A DNA stretch of 44,017 nt. Source: Flavobacteriales bacterium. Lineage in GTDB: Bacteria; Bacteroidota; Bacteroidia; Flavobacteriales; JBLHRE01. How positions within the stretch are numbered: position 1 is the stretch's first letter; each line of letters starts with the position of its first letter. The notes below the pieces were generated by a model that ran no database searches, was not told where the DNA came from, and was given only the letters and a program-made list of their open reading frames with translations. The stretch spans positions 1 to 44,017 of the forward strand of contig JBLHRE010000001.1 in NCBI GenBank assembly GCA_047625765.1, read 5' to 3'. A program made the translations under genes and the position numbers. Positions 9,383 to 19,582 of this stretch are shown here, one piece after another.

Positions 9383-10726
9383 GTGTCTAAAGCAAATTAC
9401 ATAGTGGTATTAGGAGGTGGCGAAAGCGGCCTTGGCGCAGCTGTATTAGCAAAGCTAAAAGGGCACAAAGTGTTCTTGTCTGATAGCAAAACAATTGCGG
9501 ATAAGTATAAAACGCAATTGCAGGACTATGTCATAGAATTTGAAGAAGGAGGACATACCGAAGAGCGTATACTTAATGCAGGTGAAATAATAAAATCACC
9601 AGGTATTCCAGATACAGCATCTTTAATTGCTGCTGCAAGAGAAAAAGGGATTTCAGTAATTTCTGAAATAGAATTTGCCTCAAGATATACTAAGGCAAAA
9701 ATTATTGCAATTACCGGAAGTAACGGAAAAACTACAACCACGCTGCTCACCTATCACATGTTGCAAAAAGCAGGGTTAAATGTAGGCTTAGCAGGTAATG
9801 TAGGAAACAGTTTCGCATATCAGGTTGCTACAAAAGAGTTCGATTATTACGTGTTGGAGTTAAGTAGCTTCCAGTTAGATGGAATCAAAAACTTTAAAGC
9901 CGATATAGCTGTACTACTAAATATTACACCAGATCATTTAGATAGATACGCATACAGTTTCGATAATTATACCCAATCGAAACTACAGATTACCAAAAAT
10001 CAGGGAGAGCAAGATTGCTTTGTTTTTTGCAACGATGATCCCCAAATAATAAAGAACCTAGGATTAATTAAAACCAAGGGGAAACACTTTCCATTTAGCA
10101 CCAAATCGAAGCTAGGAGAGGGAGCGCATTTAGATAACACAGAACTACACATACAAACAGATAACAACATATTTTCTATGTCTATTCACGAACTAGCCTT
10201 GCAAGGCAAGCACAATGTCTACAACTCCATGGCCGCTGGAATTACTTCTAAGCTTTTGAATTTAAGGCAAGAAGTTATTCGCGAAAGCTTGACGGATTTC
10301 CAAGCAGTAGAACACCGTTTAGAGCCCGTTTTACATGTTCACGGAATCCAGTTTATTAACGACTCTAAGGCAACAAATGTAAATGCCACTTGGTACGCAT
10401 TAGAAAGTATGTCTCGTCCAGTTGTTTGGATTGTTGGAGGGGTAGACAAAGGGAACGATTACGCGCAATTACAACCTTTAGTAAAAGAGCATGTAAAAGC
10501 AATTATCTGTTTGGGGAAAAACAATGCTAAAATCCACCATGCATTCGAAGATTTGGTTGAGGTTATTGTTGATGCCGCTAATATGCAAGAAGCAGTAAGA
10601 ATGGCGTATGCATTGGGAAGAAAAGAAGACGCTGTCTTATTATCGCCTGCTTGTGCAAGTTTCGATTTGTTCGAGAATTACGAAGATAGAGGGCAGCAGT
10701 TCAAGCAATATGTAAAGGAATTGTAA
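9383..10726 (+). CDS. murD: UDP-N-acetylmuramoylalanine--D-glutamate ligase
   Basis: GTG start, N-terminal Rossmann GGGESGLGAA and the Mur ligase P-loop ITGSNGKTTT. dcw context. Confidence 0.93.
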   Translation: MSKANYIVVLGGGESGLGAAVLAKLKGHKVFLSDSKTIADKYKTQLQDYVIEFEEGGHTEERILNAGEIIKSPGIPDTASLIAAAREKGISVISEIEFASRYTKAKIIAITGSNGKTTTTLLTYHMLQKAGLNVGLAGNVGNSFAYQVATKEFDYYVLELSSFQLDGIKNFKADIAVLLNITPDHLDRYAYSFDNYTQSKLQITKNQGEQDCFVFCNDDPQIIKNLGLIKTKGKHFPFSTKSKLGEGAHLDNTELHIQTDNNIFSMSIHELALQGKHNVYNSMAAGITSKLLNLRQEVIRESLTDFQAVEHRLEPVLHVHGIQFINDSKATNVNATWYALESMSRPVVWIVGGVDKGNDYAQLQPLVKEHVKAIICLGKNNAKIHHAFEDLVEVIVDAANMQEAVRMAYALGRKEDAVLLSPACASFDLFENYEDRGQQFKQYVKEL

Positions 10727-10727
10727 A

Positions 10728-11888
10728 ATGTACAAATTGCTGGCGCACATACAAGGAGATAGAGGATTATGGGCAGTGGTGTTTCTGTTTATGCTATTTT
10801 CTTTTTTGCCAGTTTATAGTGCAAGTAGCAATTTGGCTTATGCTTATAGCGGAGGAAATACATTTAGTTATCTTATAAAACATCTGTTTTTTGTTTTCTC
10901 TGGTCTTAGCATAATTTACCTTATTCATAAAGTAGACCCAGTCTATTTTAGGAATATTGGAACGATATTGTTACTAACCTCTTTGGTCTTATTGATAGCT
11001 GTTTTGTGGCAAGGTGACACTATTGGCGGGGCCAATGCAAGTAGGTGGATACGTTTGCCATTTATTCAAATCACTTTTCAGCCATCAGAAATTGCCAAGC
11101 TGGCTCTAATCCTGTATTTGTCTAGGGCATTGGTGAAACACAAGGATAAATTACATTCTTTCAAAGAATCATTTATCCCTATTGTAAGTCCAATTTTGAT
11201 GGTGGTGATACTAATTTTGCCCGCCAACTTTTCAACGGCAGCTTTGATTGGAATTATTTCGATGATCCTACTATTTGTAGGAGGATACCCGTTTAAACAT
11301 TTGATAAAATTGGGATTTATAGGGGTCGGATTTTTAGGGCTGTTTTTATTGCTGGTTATGGCTTTTCCAGATGCAATGCCCAACCGTGTAGAAACGTGGA
11401 AAGCAAGAATAGAAAATTATCAAGATGGCGATAGCGAATCCAATTATCAAGTAGAGAAATCAAAGATTGCAATTGCTTCTGGCCATTTCTTAGGCCAAGG
11501 GCCTGGTAAGAGTATTCAAAAAAACTTTTTGCCACAGTCCTCTTCTGATTTTATCTATGCCATAATTGTAGAAGAGGGAGGTTTGGTATTTGGATTTGGA
11601 GTAGTAGGATTCTACCTTATTTTCTTGATAAGGATATTAAAAATAGCACATCAGGTTACTGATACTTTTGGAGTCTTGGTAGTAATTGGAATGGGATTTA
11701 GCGTAGTTTTTCAAGCACTCCTAAATATGGGGGTTGCCGTAAATATATTCCCGGTAACGGGTCAAACATTACCCTTTATAAGTTCTGGAGGAACCTCCTT
11801 GTGGATTACCTGTTTGGGAATGGGAGTAGTGTTAAGCATTAGTAAACAAATGCAGAAAAAGAAAATTATAGTAGATGAGCAAGCCTAG
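10728..11888 (+). CDS. ftsW: FtsW/RodA/SpoVE-family (SEDS) peptidoglycan polymerase, FtsW by context
   Basis: Roughly 10-TM SEDS-like protein with the conserved ...SDFIYAIIVEEGG... and PFISSGGTS motifs. Located between murD and murG. Confidence 0.9.
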   Translation: MYKLLAHIQGDRGLWAVVFLFMLFSFLPVYSASSNLAYAYSGGNTFSYLIKHLFFVFSGLSIIYLIHKVDPVYFRNIGTILLLTSLVLLIAVLWQGDTIGGANASRWIRLPFIQITFQPSEIAKLALILYLSRALVKHKDKLHSFKESFIPIVSPILMVVILILPANFSTAALIGIISMILLFVGGYPFKHLIKLGFIGVGFLGLFLLLVMAFPDAMPNRVETWKARIENYQDGDSESNYQVEKSKIAIASGHFLGQGPGKSIQKNFLPQSSSDFIYAIIVEEGGLVFGFGVVGFYLIFLIRILKIAHQVTDTFGVLVVIGMGFSVVFQALLNMGVAVNIFPVTGQTLPFISSGGTSLWITCLGMGVVLSISKQMQKKKIIVDEQA

Positions 11889-12981
11889 AAAAATTTTGAT
11901 AAGTGGAGGGGGAACAGGTGGGCACATCTATCCGGCCTTGGCAATAGCTCAGGAATATAAACGTAGATACCCTGACTCTCATTTTTTGTTTGTAGGAGCA
12001 ATAGGAAGAATGGAAATGGAAAAAGTTCCAGTCGAAGGTTTTGCAATAAAGGGTTTGTGGATTAGCGGAATAGACAGGAGTTTGACATTGAGAAATTTAA
12101 TATTTCCAGTCAAGTTGATCTTTGCATTAATAAAATCGTTTTTCATAATCCGAACTTTTAAGCCCAATGTGGTAATTGGAACCGGAGGCTTTGCAAGTGG
12201 TCCTATTTTATGGGTTGCTTCCAGGTTAAAGATACCAACTCTTATTCAGGAACAAAATTCGTTTCCGGGCATAACCAACAAGCTTTTGTCATCGAAAGTT
12301 GATAGAATTTGTGTGGCATATGATCGATTAGATCGATTTTTCCCAGAGCATAAAATCAGACTTACAGGCAATCCGATAAGAAAAGAGATTGGTGGAAGCC
12401 AGAGTACCCTAGAAGAGGCATTGGCTTATTTTAATTTAAGCGCAGAAAAACCAGTGGCTTTAGTTCTAGGGGGTAGTCTTGGTGCAAGAGCAATCAACGA
12501 TTATATCAGAGAAAACTTAAGGTGGTTCGAAGACAACGAAGTGCAACTGATTTGGCAAACGGGTAAGTTGTATTACGAACAATGCGCTAAAAAAGCAAAT
12601 ACTTTGGGTTATGGAGGGGTAAGAGTTTTTGCTTTTATTTCTAAAATGGATCTAGCCTATAAAATTGCAGATGTTGCAATTTCCAGAGCAGGGGCAAGTA
12701 CAGTTTCTGAAATGTGCGTAGCACGTTTGCCCGTAATTTTAGTGCCATCGCCAAATGTATCCGAAGACCATCAAACCAAAAATGCACTGGCATTGGTAGA
12801 CAAAGAAGCTGCAATTTTGGTGAAAGAAGCTGAACTGCCGTTGCGTTTGTTTCCCGCTTTAAAAGATGTTGTTACCAATGTTGATAAACGAGAAGCGATG
12901 AAAATCAATATAGGTGCTTTAGCAGAAGCCAATGCCGCAGCATTGATTGTGAATCATATAGAGGAGATTATAAAAGAATGA
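11875..12981 (+). CDS. murG: undecaprenyldiphospho-muramoylpentapeptide beta-N-acetylglucosaminyltransferase
   Basis: GGGTGGHIYPALAIA N-terminal motif and GT28 architecture. dcw context. Confidence 0.95.
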   Translation: MSKPRKILISGGGTGGHIYPALAIAQEYKRRYPDSHFLFVGAIGRMEMEKVPVEGFAIKGLWISGIDRSLTLRNLIFPVKLIFALIKSFFIIRTFKPNVVIGTGGFASGPILWVASRLKIPTLIQEQNSFPGITNKLLSSKVDRICVAYDRLDRFFPEHKIRLTGNPIRKEIGGSQSTLEEALAYFNLSAEKPVALVLGGSLGARAINDYIRENLRWFEDNEVQLIWQTGKLYYEQCAKKANTLGYGGVRVFAFISKMDLAYKIADVAISRAGASTVSEMCVARLPVILVPSPNVSEDHQTKNALALVDKEAAILVKEAELPLRLFPALKDVVTNVDKREAMKINIGALAEANAAALIVNHIEEIIKE

Positions 12982-14342
12982 AGTTTGAGCATATAGATAG
13001 AGTGTATTTTGTTGGTATCGGTGGCATCGGTATGAGCGGTCTTGCGCGCTATTTTAATGCAATAGGCAAAGAAGTTGCAGGCTATGATAAAACCCGAACA
13101 ACACTATGCGAAACATTAGAATTGGAAGGGATTTCGATAAGTTACGATGAACAATTAGAAGCTGTTCCAACTAAATTCTTAGAAGCTTCGAAAACCCTGG
13201 TGGTTTATACCCCCGCAGTGCCAACACAACATATCCAATTAAGTTATTTTATTGCAAATGGATTTGCAGTAAAGAAGAGAGCTGAGGTTTTGGGAATTAT
13301 TACTTCCGAGAATACGACACTAGCAGTTGCGGGAACACACGGTAAAACGACAACATCTAGTATTCTGGCCCATTTGCTAAAAAGTGCAGGAGAAAACATC
13401 AATGCTTTTTTAGGCGGAATTGCCTTAAACTATAATTCAAACGTACTATTGGGTGATGCATCTACTGTAGTTGTAGAAGCAGATGAATTTGATAGATCGT
13501 TTCTACACCTTAAACCTAACATTTCTGTTATTACCAATACAGATGCAGACCATTTAGACATCTATGGAGATGGTGCAAGTTTCATAAAAGGGTTCGAGGA
13601 TTTTGGGAGCATTTGTCGAGAAAAAGGACAGTTGATATGTCAAAAAAATGTGGCCTTGCCATCGGATTACAGCTATGGCTTGGATAATACTTCCGACTTC
13701 TATGCACACAATATAAAGGTTGTAGATGGGGCTTTTCGGTTCAGCTTGCAACTCTTAGATAAAGGAGCGCAAAATGTTGTATTGGCATTGCCCGGAAGAC
13801 ACAATATCGAAAATGCGGTAGCTGCTTCGGCAATTGCCTTTTTGCATGGATTAGAGATTGCACAGATTGTGAAAGGTCTAGAATCTTTTAAAGGAGTTTA
13901 TCGCAGGTTTCAATACCATCTAAATACTACAGAAAAAGTATATATCGATGATTATGCACATCATCCATCAGAAATAAAAGCGACTATAAGTTCTGTTAAG
14001 GAGCTGTTCCCACATAGACATATTACGGTAATATTTCAGCCTCATTTATTTTCTAGAACAAGAGACTTTATGGGCGATTTTGCAGAGAGTTTGTCTTTGG
14101 CAGACGAGGTAATAGTATTGCCTATTTACCCTGCAAGGGAGCGGCCAATAGCAGGTGTAAATTCGGAAGCACTTGCTGCTTTGGTTCAAAAAGCCCATTG
14201 TTCCGTTGTACATGGCTCAGGTCTCGTAGAAAGCTTAAAAGCAAAGCAATTGGATGTGTGTCTAACCTTGGGAGCAGGAGATATAGACCGATTGGTAGCA
14301 CCAATTTATCAAACCATAAAAAATCAGGGCTATGATGCGTAA
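12978..14342 (+). CDS. murC: UDP-N-acetylmuramate--L-alanine ligase
   Basis: N-terminal FVGIGGIGMSGLA and the P-loop VAGTHGKTTTS. ATGA overlap with murG. Confidence 0.95.
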   Translation: MKFEHIDRVYFVGIGGIGMSGLARYFNAIGKEVAGYDKTRTTLCETLELEGISISYDEQLEAVPTKFLEASKTLVVYTPAVPTQHIQLSYFIANGFAVKKRAEVLGIITSENTTLAVAGTHGKTTTSSILAHLLKSAGENINAFLGGIALNYNSNVLLGDASTVVVEADEFDRSFLHLKPNISVITNTDADHLDIYGDGASFIKGFEDFGSICREKGQLICQKNVALPSDYSYGLDNTSDFYAHNIKVVDGAFRFSLQLLDKGAQNVVLALPGRHNIENAVAASAIAFLHGLEIAQIVKGLESFKGVYRRFQYHLNTTEKVYIDDYAHHPSEIKATISSVKELFPHRHITVIFQPHLFSRTRDFMGDFAESLSLADEVIVLPIYPARERPIAGVNSEALAALVQKAHCSVVHGSGLVESLKAKQLDVCLTLGAGDIDRLVAPIYQTIKNQGYDA

Positions 14343-15054
14343 AGTGTTGCAGATGGGGTTTTGGTCGGTACTGGCAATTGCCTTGTTTTTTACTATGAGT
14401 TTCGTAGAGAAAACTGCGGTAGATAGGGTTTGCGATACCTTGGTTGTACGTGTAGATTATTCGGATAATAATTATTTCGTATCCGAAGAATCGGTAATAA
14501 AAATCTTGACGAAAACAGACAATTCTTTGGTCGGAAAGCCCTTGGAAGAAATTAACATTGCCCTGTTAGAAGAAAACATCAGCAAGCATCCATCGGTACG
14601 TAATGCTGAAGTATATTCAACTATTAATGGTGAGCTTAGGGTAAATGTAAAACAGAAGAAACCCATTGCGCGCGTTATTACTGGCAGAACTTCTTATTAT
14701 ATTGATGAAGAGGGGGGTAAGATGAAGTTGTCGACAACTTACTCAGCAAGAGTTCCATTGGTTTATGGAGCACTAAAAGAGGAGCGTTTTCTGGCCGTTT
14801 TACAGGTTTTACGCTTTTTGAAAGAAGAAAAATACTGGAAGTCCCAAGTGATTTCAATCGAAATGAAGAGTGAAGGCTTAGTTATTCGACCTCGTTTTGG
14901 AGCAAAGGAAATAATTGTAGGGAATTCGGATAATCTGGATAAGAAGTTTGAGAAGCTTAGCATTTTTTATAAAAAAGTAATACCAAGCAAAGGACTTGAT
15001 TTCTATCACAGACTAGATCTGAGGTTTGAAAATCAAGTTATTGGGAGTAAATAA
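14332..15054 (+). CDS. ftsQ: cell division protein FtsQ (POTRA domain)
   Basis: 240-aa bitopic protein (TM FWSVLAIALFFTM) in the slot between murC and ftsA. Confidence 0.8.
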   Translation: MMRKVLQMGFWSVLAIALFFTMSFVEKTAVDRVCDTLVVRVDYSDNNYFVSEESVIKILTKTDNSLVGKPLEEINIALLEENISKHPSVRNAEVYSTINGELRVNVKQKKPIARVITGRTSYYIDEEGGKMKLSTTYSARVPLVYGALKEERFLAVLQVLRFLKEEKYWKSQVISIEMKSEGLVIRPRFGAKEIIVGNSDNLDKKFEKLSIFYKKVIPSKGLDFYHRLDLRFENQVIGSK

Positions 15055-15061
15055 TAAGAGT

Positions 15062-16441
15062 ATGGAACAGTCAGGAATTGCGGTTGGCTTAGACATTGGT
15101 ACTACCAAAATAGTAGCAATGGTTGGTCGTATGAACGAATACGGCAAGTTAGAAGTCTTGGGGATGGGAAAAGCGCGCTCTTTGGGTGTGCAAAGAGGTA
15201 TTGTTTCAAATATTACCGAAACTATTCGTTCAATAGAACAAGCATTGCACGAAGCAGAAGCTACTTCAGGAATCGAAATTAAAGAAGTTATTGTTGGTAT
15301 TGCAGGACAGCATATTCGTAGCCTGCAACACAGCGATTATATAACACGTGAAAATTCTGAGGAAGTAATCAACGATGAGGATATCAATCGATTGATAAAC
15401 AATGTGCACAAATTGGTAATGTTGCCCGGAGAAGAAATTATTCATGTGTTACCACAAGAATTCAAGGTAGATGGCGAAGCAAATATTACGGAGCCAAGAG
15501 GAATGTATGGGATGCGTTTTGAAGCAAATTTCCACATCGTTGTTGGGCAGATTACAGCAATAAAAAATATTGGTAGATGTGTAAAAAACTCTGGCCTGGA
15601 CGTTGCTGATATTACATTAGAACCACTGGCATCGGCAGAAGCTGTACTTTCTACAGAAGAAAAAGAAGCAGGTGTTGTTTTGGTTGATATAGGTGGTGGT
15701 ACTACCGATGTTGCCATTTTCAAGGATGGAATTATTAGACAAACCGCGGTTATTCCTTTTGGCGGAAATGTAATTACAGAAGATATTAAGGAAGGCTGTA
15801 GTATTATCGAAAAGCATGCAGAACTTTTAAAAGTGAAGTTTGGATCGGCTTGGCCTAACGAGAATAAAGACAGCGAAATAGTTTCTATACCAGGATTAAG
15901 AGGAAGAGAACCAAAGGAGATTTCTTTGAAAAATCTTTCAAAAATCATCCACGCAAGGGTTGTAGAGATTATCGAGCAAGTGCACATGGAAGTGCAGAGC
16001 TATGGCGATGATGATCCTAAAAAGAAATTGATTGCAGGAATTGTGTTGACGGGTGGTGGAGCAAGGTTAAAGCACCTAAAGCAATTGGTTGAGTATGTAA
16101 CTGGAATGGATACGCGCATTGGATATCCTAACGAGCATTTAGCAAAAGAGACCGATCAAGAATTGTCCTCTCCATTATATGCAACCTCTGTAGGGTTAGT
16201 AATAAAGGGACTGGAAGCAAAGACTGCTATTTTGCCAGAGCAACGCAAAAGTGTAGCAGATGTAAATGATGTAGAGGAGATGAACACGAATACAGGCGCA
16301 AGAGAAACAACAGTTACTCAAGCCAAAGAAAAGCCTGCAAGTGGAGTAGAGCAAGTGCCATTGGAAGATGGCCCAAGGAAAAAATCAGTGTTCGAAAAGT
16401 GGACGGATAGTTTCAAAGAGTTTTTATCAAAAGAAGATTAG
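15062..16441 (+). CDS. ftsA: cell division protein FtsA
   Basis: Actin-fold phosphate-1 motif GLDIGTTKIVAMVG, plus DIGGGTTD and LTGGGA. The start is taken at the ATG at 15062 (MEQSGIAVGLDIG), because the ORF start at 15026 overlaps the ftsQ 3' end. Confidence 0.92.
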   Translation: MEQSGIAVGLDIGTTKIVAMVGRMNEYGKLEVLGMGKARSLGVQRGIVSNITETIRSIEQALHEAEATSGIEIKEVIVGIAGQHIRSLQHSDYITRENSEEVINDEDINRLINNVHKLVMLPGEEIIHVLPQEFKVDGEANITEPRGMYGMRFEANFHIVVGQITAIKNIGRCVKNSGLDVADITLEPLASAEAVLSTEEKEAGVVLVDIGGGTTDVAIFKDGIIRQTAVIPFGGNVITEDIKEGCSIIEKHAELLKVKFGSAWPNENKDSEIVSIPGLRGREPKEISLKNLSKIIHARVVEIIEQVHMEVQSYGDDDPKKKLIAGIVLTGGGARLKHLKQLVEYVTGMDTRIGYPNEHLAKETDQELSSPLYATSVGLVIKGLEAKTAILPEQRKSVADVNDVEEMNTNTGARETTVTQAKEKPASGVEQVPLEDGPRKKSVFEKWTDSFKEFLSKED

Positions 16442-16464
16442 CAACATACCAAAAAATAAGTGTC

Positions 16465-18276
16465 ATGAGTGATTTAGGACAAGGTGGAATTTCTTTCGAT
16501 CTACCCAAGAACCAATCATCAGAAATTAAGGTTATTGGTGTAGGTGGTGGGGGTAGCAATGCTGTAAACTACATGTTTGAACAAGGGATCAAAGGTGTAG
16601 ATTTTGTAGTTTGTAATACCGATGCGCAAGCACTACAGGATAGCCCAATTCCAAATAAAATTCAGTTAGGGATTACTTTAACGGAAGGTCTAGGAGCTGG
16701 TGCAAACCCCGAAATTGGCGAGAAATCGGCTATGGAAAGTTTAGAGGAAGTTAAAAACCTACTAAGCACAAATACCAAGATGGTTTTTATTACTGCCGGA
16801 ATGGGTGGTGGTACAGGAACCGGAGCAGCCCCTATTATTGCTAGAACAGCAAGAGAGATGGGAGTGCTTACTGTTGGTATTGTAACCTTTCCGTTCTCTT
16901 TTGAAGGTATGGCAAGAAAACGTCAAGCCGAAGAAGGTGTTGAAGCTTTAAGAGCAACCGTAGATTCTTTGATTGTTGTAAACAATGATAAACTACGTGA
17001 TGTATACGGAAACCTTGGATTTAAATCTGGATTCGTAAAAGCGAATGAGGTACTGTCTACAGCAGCAAAAGGTATTGCAGAAGTTATTACACAGCATTAC
17101 CGAATGAACATTGACCTTAATGATGCCCGTACTGTATTGGCAAATTCGGGTACTGCAATTATGGGCTCTGCTTCTGCATCTGGAGATAGCAGAGCAATAG
17201 AGGCAGTTTCTAAAGCGCTGGATAGCCCATTGTTAAATGATAATGACATTCGCGGTTGTCGTTCTGTATTGTTGTTGATTATTTCTGGCGAAAAGGAAAT
17301 TACTTTAGACGAAATTGGAGAAGTAACCGATTACGTACAGCAAGAAGCAGGTGGCCTTGCAGATGTAATTATGGGCGTTGGCGAAGATGAAACTCTAGGA
17401 GATAGTATCTGTGTAACAGTAATTGCTACAGGTTTCGATGCAGACCAACAGGATAATATTATGCCAGGAGAACCAACAAAAATAATTCACAGGTTAGATA
17501 GCGAAGATCTTGCCCCAAAGGTAACTATGAATGTAGAGCCAGCTAAGGTTGTCGTTCCTGCGCCAAGAACAACTAGACCTACAAGCACAGCAAAAGCACC
17601 AGCCGAAGTCGTTAGACAAGAGCCAAAACCAGAGCCGGTAAGACATAATTTATTCGATGACGAGCCCGTAGCTCAGGCAATACAGTATGTCAACGAGAAC
17701 CAAGCAACTTTAAGTTTTGACATGCCTTTACTACAGGAAGAGGCTGAAGTTGAGGTGGAGGAAATGGAGGAGTTTTCAAAGCCAGGGGTTGTATATCATA
17801 AATTGGTAGAAGAAGATTTAACAGTTACAGAATCGCCTAATGCATTGGACGAAGTAGAAGAAGAGGAAATTGTTTTTGAACTACGTACCGAAGAAGTTGA
17901 AGAAGTGGCGGAAGCACCTAAAGAAGATTGGGCCCGTCCTGTTGTGCAACAGGATATTGTTCGCGCAGAACGTAAATTGGCCGAGAAGCCAACAGTAACA
18001 AACGCACCGATAGAGGAATTTTCTGTTGCAGAAGAGCAGTTAAGAAGAGCTAGAGAAAGAAAATCACGATTAAAATCCTTCAATTATAACTTTAGAAATG
18101 CATCAAGTATTTCGAATGCAGAAAGTGTTCCTGCTTATAAAAGAATGGGAATAGATTTGGAAAAAACTTCCCACTCATCAGAGCAAACAGTTTCGCGTTA
18201 TACTTTAGGCGAAGACGAGCAGAAGAACCCGCAAATACGCCCAAACAACTCATTTTTGCATGATAATGTAGATTAA
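16465..18276 (+). CDS. ftsZ: cell division GTPase FtsZ
   Basis: Tubulin signature GGGTGTGAAP and the NTDAQAL motif. It has a long acidic/proline-rich linker and a VPAYKRMGIDLE C-terminal peptide with a further tail. Confidence 0.97.
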   Translation: MSDLGQGGISFDLPKNQSSEIKVIGVGGGGSNAVNYMFEQGIKGVDFVVCNTDAQALQDSPIPNKIQLGITLTEGLGAGANPEIGEKSAMESLEEVKNLLSTNTKMVFITAGMGGGTGTGAAPIIARTAREMGVLTVGIVTFPFSFEGMARKRQAEEGVEALRATVDSLIVVNNDKLRDVYGNLGFKSGFVKANEVLSTAAKGIAEVITQHYRMNIDLNDARTVLANSGTAIMGSASASGDSRAIEAVSKALDSPLLNDNDIRGCRSVLLLIISGEKEITLDEIGEVTDYVQQEAGGLADVIMGVGEDETLGDSICVTVIATGFDADQQDNIMPGEPTKIIHRLDSEDLAPKVTMNVEPAKVVVPAPRTTRPTSTAKAPAEVVRQEPKPEPVRHNLFDDEPVAQAIQYVNENQATLSFDMPLLQEEAEVEVEEMEEFSKPGVVYHKLVEEDLTVTESPNALDEVEEEEIVFELRTEEVEEVAEAPKEDWARPVVQQDIVRAERKLAEKPTVTNAPIEEFSVAEEQLRRARERKSRLKSFNYNFRNASSISNAESVPAYKRMGIDLEKTSHSSEQTVSRYTLGEDEQKNPQIRPNNSFLHDNVD

Positions 18277-18298
18277 TGAGTCTTGAATAGAAAATACG

Positions 18299-18327
18299 AA
18301 CCCCGAAGATTTTCTTCGGGGTTTTTT
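18299..18327 (+). terminator. intrinsic terminator of the dcw operon
   Basis: A 10-bp perfect stem AACCCCGAAG/CTTCGGGGTT with a 5-nt loop and a T-run, 23 nt after the ftsZ stop. Confidence 0.85.
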
Positions 18328-18368
18328 ATGCCATATAATTGAAGGTAAAAGCACAGCTAAGCTTTTTA

Positions 18369-18376
18369 TACTTTTG
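18369..18376 (+). promoter_or_regulatory. Bacteroidota-type -7 promoter box TACTTTTG (consensus TAnnTTTG)
   Basis: Exact match to TAnnTTTG, 25 nt upstream of the ATG at 18401. Confidence 0.5.
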
Positions 18377-18400
18377 CAAACTATTATTAAAACAAAGAAG

Positions 18401-18850
18401 ATGTCTTTAGAATTAGAAGTTAACGAGCAGATTAAAGTAGCCATGCGTGCAAAAGAACGCGATGTATTGGAGTCTTTAAGGGCGATAAAGAATGCTATTT
18501 TGGTTGCGAAATCGGATGTAGGGGCTACTGGTGAAATGACAGAAGCTGACGAGATTAAGTTAGTACAGCGCTTGCAAAAGCAACGTAAAGAAGCAGCGGC
18601 AATTTATACAGAACAGGGTCGCGAAGACTTGGCAGAGGTAGAATTACAGCAGGCAGCCGTTATTGCACGTTTCTTGCCGCAGCAAATGAGCGAAGCAGAA
18701 TTAACGGAAGCTTTAAAAGAGATTGTTGCCAAGGTAGGAGCAACAGGCCCACAGGATTTAGGTAAGGTAATGGGAATGGCTTCAAAGGCATTGGCAGGTA
18801 AAGCCGAGGGGAAAATGATAGCGTCTACTGTAAAATCTTTGTTGCAGTAA
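18401..18850 (+). CDS. GatB/YqeY domain-containing protein
   Basis: MSLELEVNEQIKVAMRAKERDVLESLRAIKNAI...LPQQMSEAEL...GKVMG is typical of the YqeY family (~149 aa). The start is taken at the ATG at 18401, downstream of the promoter box. Confidence 0.85.
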   Translation: MSLELEVNEQIKVAMRAKERDVLESLRAIKNAILVAKSDVGATGEMTEADEIKLVQRLQKQRKEAAAIYTEQGREDLAEVELQQAAVIARFLPQQMSEAELTEALKEIVAKVGATGPQDLGKVMGMASKALAGKAEGKMIASTVKSLLQ

Positions 18851-19072
18851 TCCCTTAATCTCCAGATTAAAACGTTAATAAAACTAGCAATTATGTTGAC
18901 AACGAAAGAAACATAGAAATCTTTTTAATCAACTGTTAGTAAGTATGTTAAAAATTACTATTTTTGCCGTCCGATTTTTGTTCAAAGGACATTTGCTTAC
19001 TAGAGCAAAGCTGAAACAGAGTCTAGGTGGTGGGACATCTTGATACTCTTAAATTTAAGCGAATTTTAGTTG

Positions 19073-19080
19073 TACATTTG
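19073..19080 (+). promoter_or_regulatory. candidate -7 promoter box TACATTTG for rplM-rpsI
   Basis: Exact TAnnTTTG match 46 nt upstream of the rplM GTG. A second match (TATTTTTG) lies at 18959-18966. Confidence 0.4.
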
Positions 19081-19125
19081 CGCCTCTTTTAAAGGCGTAT
19101 TATTAATTTTAAAAAACTTTAGAAA

Positions 19126-19581
19126 GTGGATACACTAAGCTATAAGACCGTATCGGTTAACAAGGCTACTGCTGAAAAAGAATGGGTGGTTGTAGATGCT
19201 GAAGGAGCGACTTTAGGTCGTTTGTCATCTATGGTTGCGAAGTTGATTCGTGGTAAATACAAGCCTAGCTTTACTCCTCATGTTGACTGTGGTGATAACG
19301 TAATTGTTATCAATGCAGATAAAATCAACTACGCTGGATTAAAATGGGAGAACAAAGAATACATTCGTCACACGGGATATCCAGGTGGTCAGCGTATCAC
19401 TACAGCTCGTGAGTTGTACGACAAAAACCCATGTATCTTGGTAGATAAGGCTGTAAAAGGAATGTTACCTAAAAATAAATTAGGTCGCGCATTGAATAAA
19501 AATTTGCACGTTTTTGTTGGGACTGAGCACCCTTTTACCGCTCAGAAACCAAAAACTATCAATCTAAATGAATTGAGATAA
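19126..19581 (+). CDS. rplM: 50S ribosomal protein L13
   Basis: GTG start. KEWVVVDAEGATLGRLSS and the ...HTGYPGG... motifs are typical of uL13. Confidence 0.97.
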   Translation: MDTLSYKTVSVNKATAEKEWVVVDAEGATLGRLSSMVAKLIRGKYKPSFTPHVDCGDNVIVINADKINYAGLKWENKEYIRHTGYPGGQRITTARELYDKNPCILVDKAVKGMLPKNKLGRALNKNLHVFVGTEHPFTAQKPKTINLNELR

Positions 19582-19582
19582 G

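Noticed and set aside
6687-14342. Absence of murF and ddl from the dcw cluster
   Set aside because: These genes are commonly located elsewhere in Bacteroidota genomes. The gene order here matches the usual phylum pattern.
15026-15061. Upstream starts offered by the ORF track for ftsA (15026), the yqeY-like gene (18374) and pyrH (28639)
   Set aside because: The conserved family N-termini begin at internal ATGs (15062, 18401, 28681). The extensions overlap upstream genes or promoter-like sequence.
15442-15987. 181-aa antisense ORF inside ftsA
   Set aside because: It lies fully within a strongly supported gene on the other strand and has a low-complexity Ser/Pro/Ile-rich composition. It is a typical shadow ORF.
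17480-18276. Very long acidic/proline-rich C-terminal half of FtsZ, with residues beyond the FtsA-binding peptide
   Set aside because: Extended FtsZ linkers and a tail ending in ...FLHDNVD appear, as far as I recall, to be normal for Flavobacteriia. I do not treat it as anomalous without a comparison.
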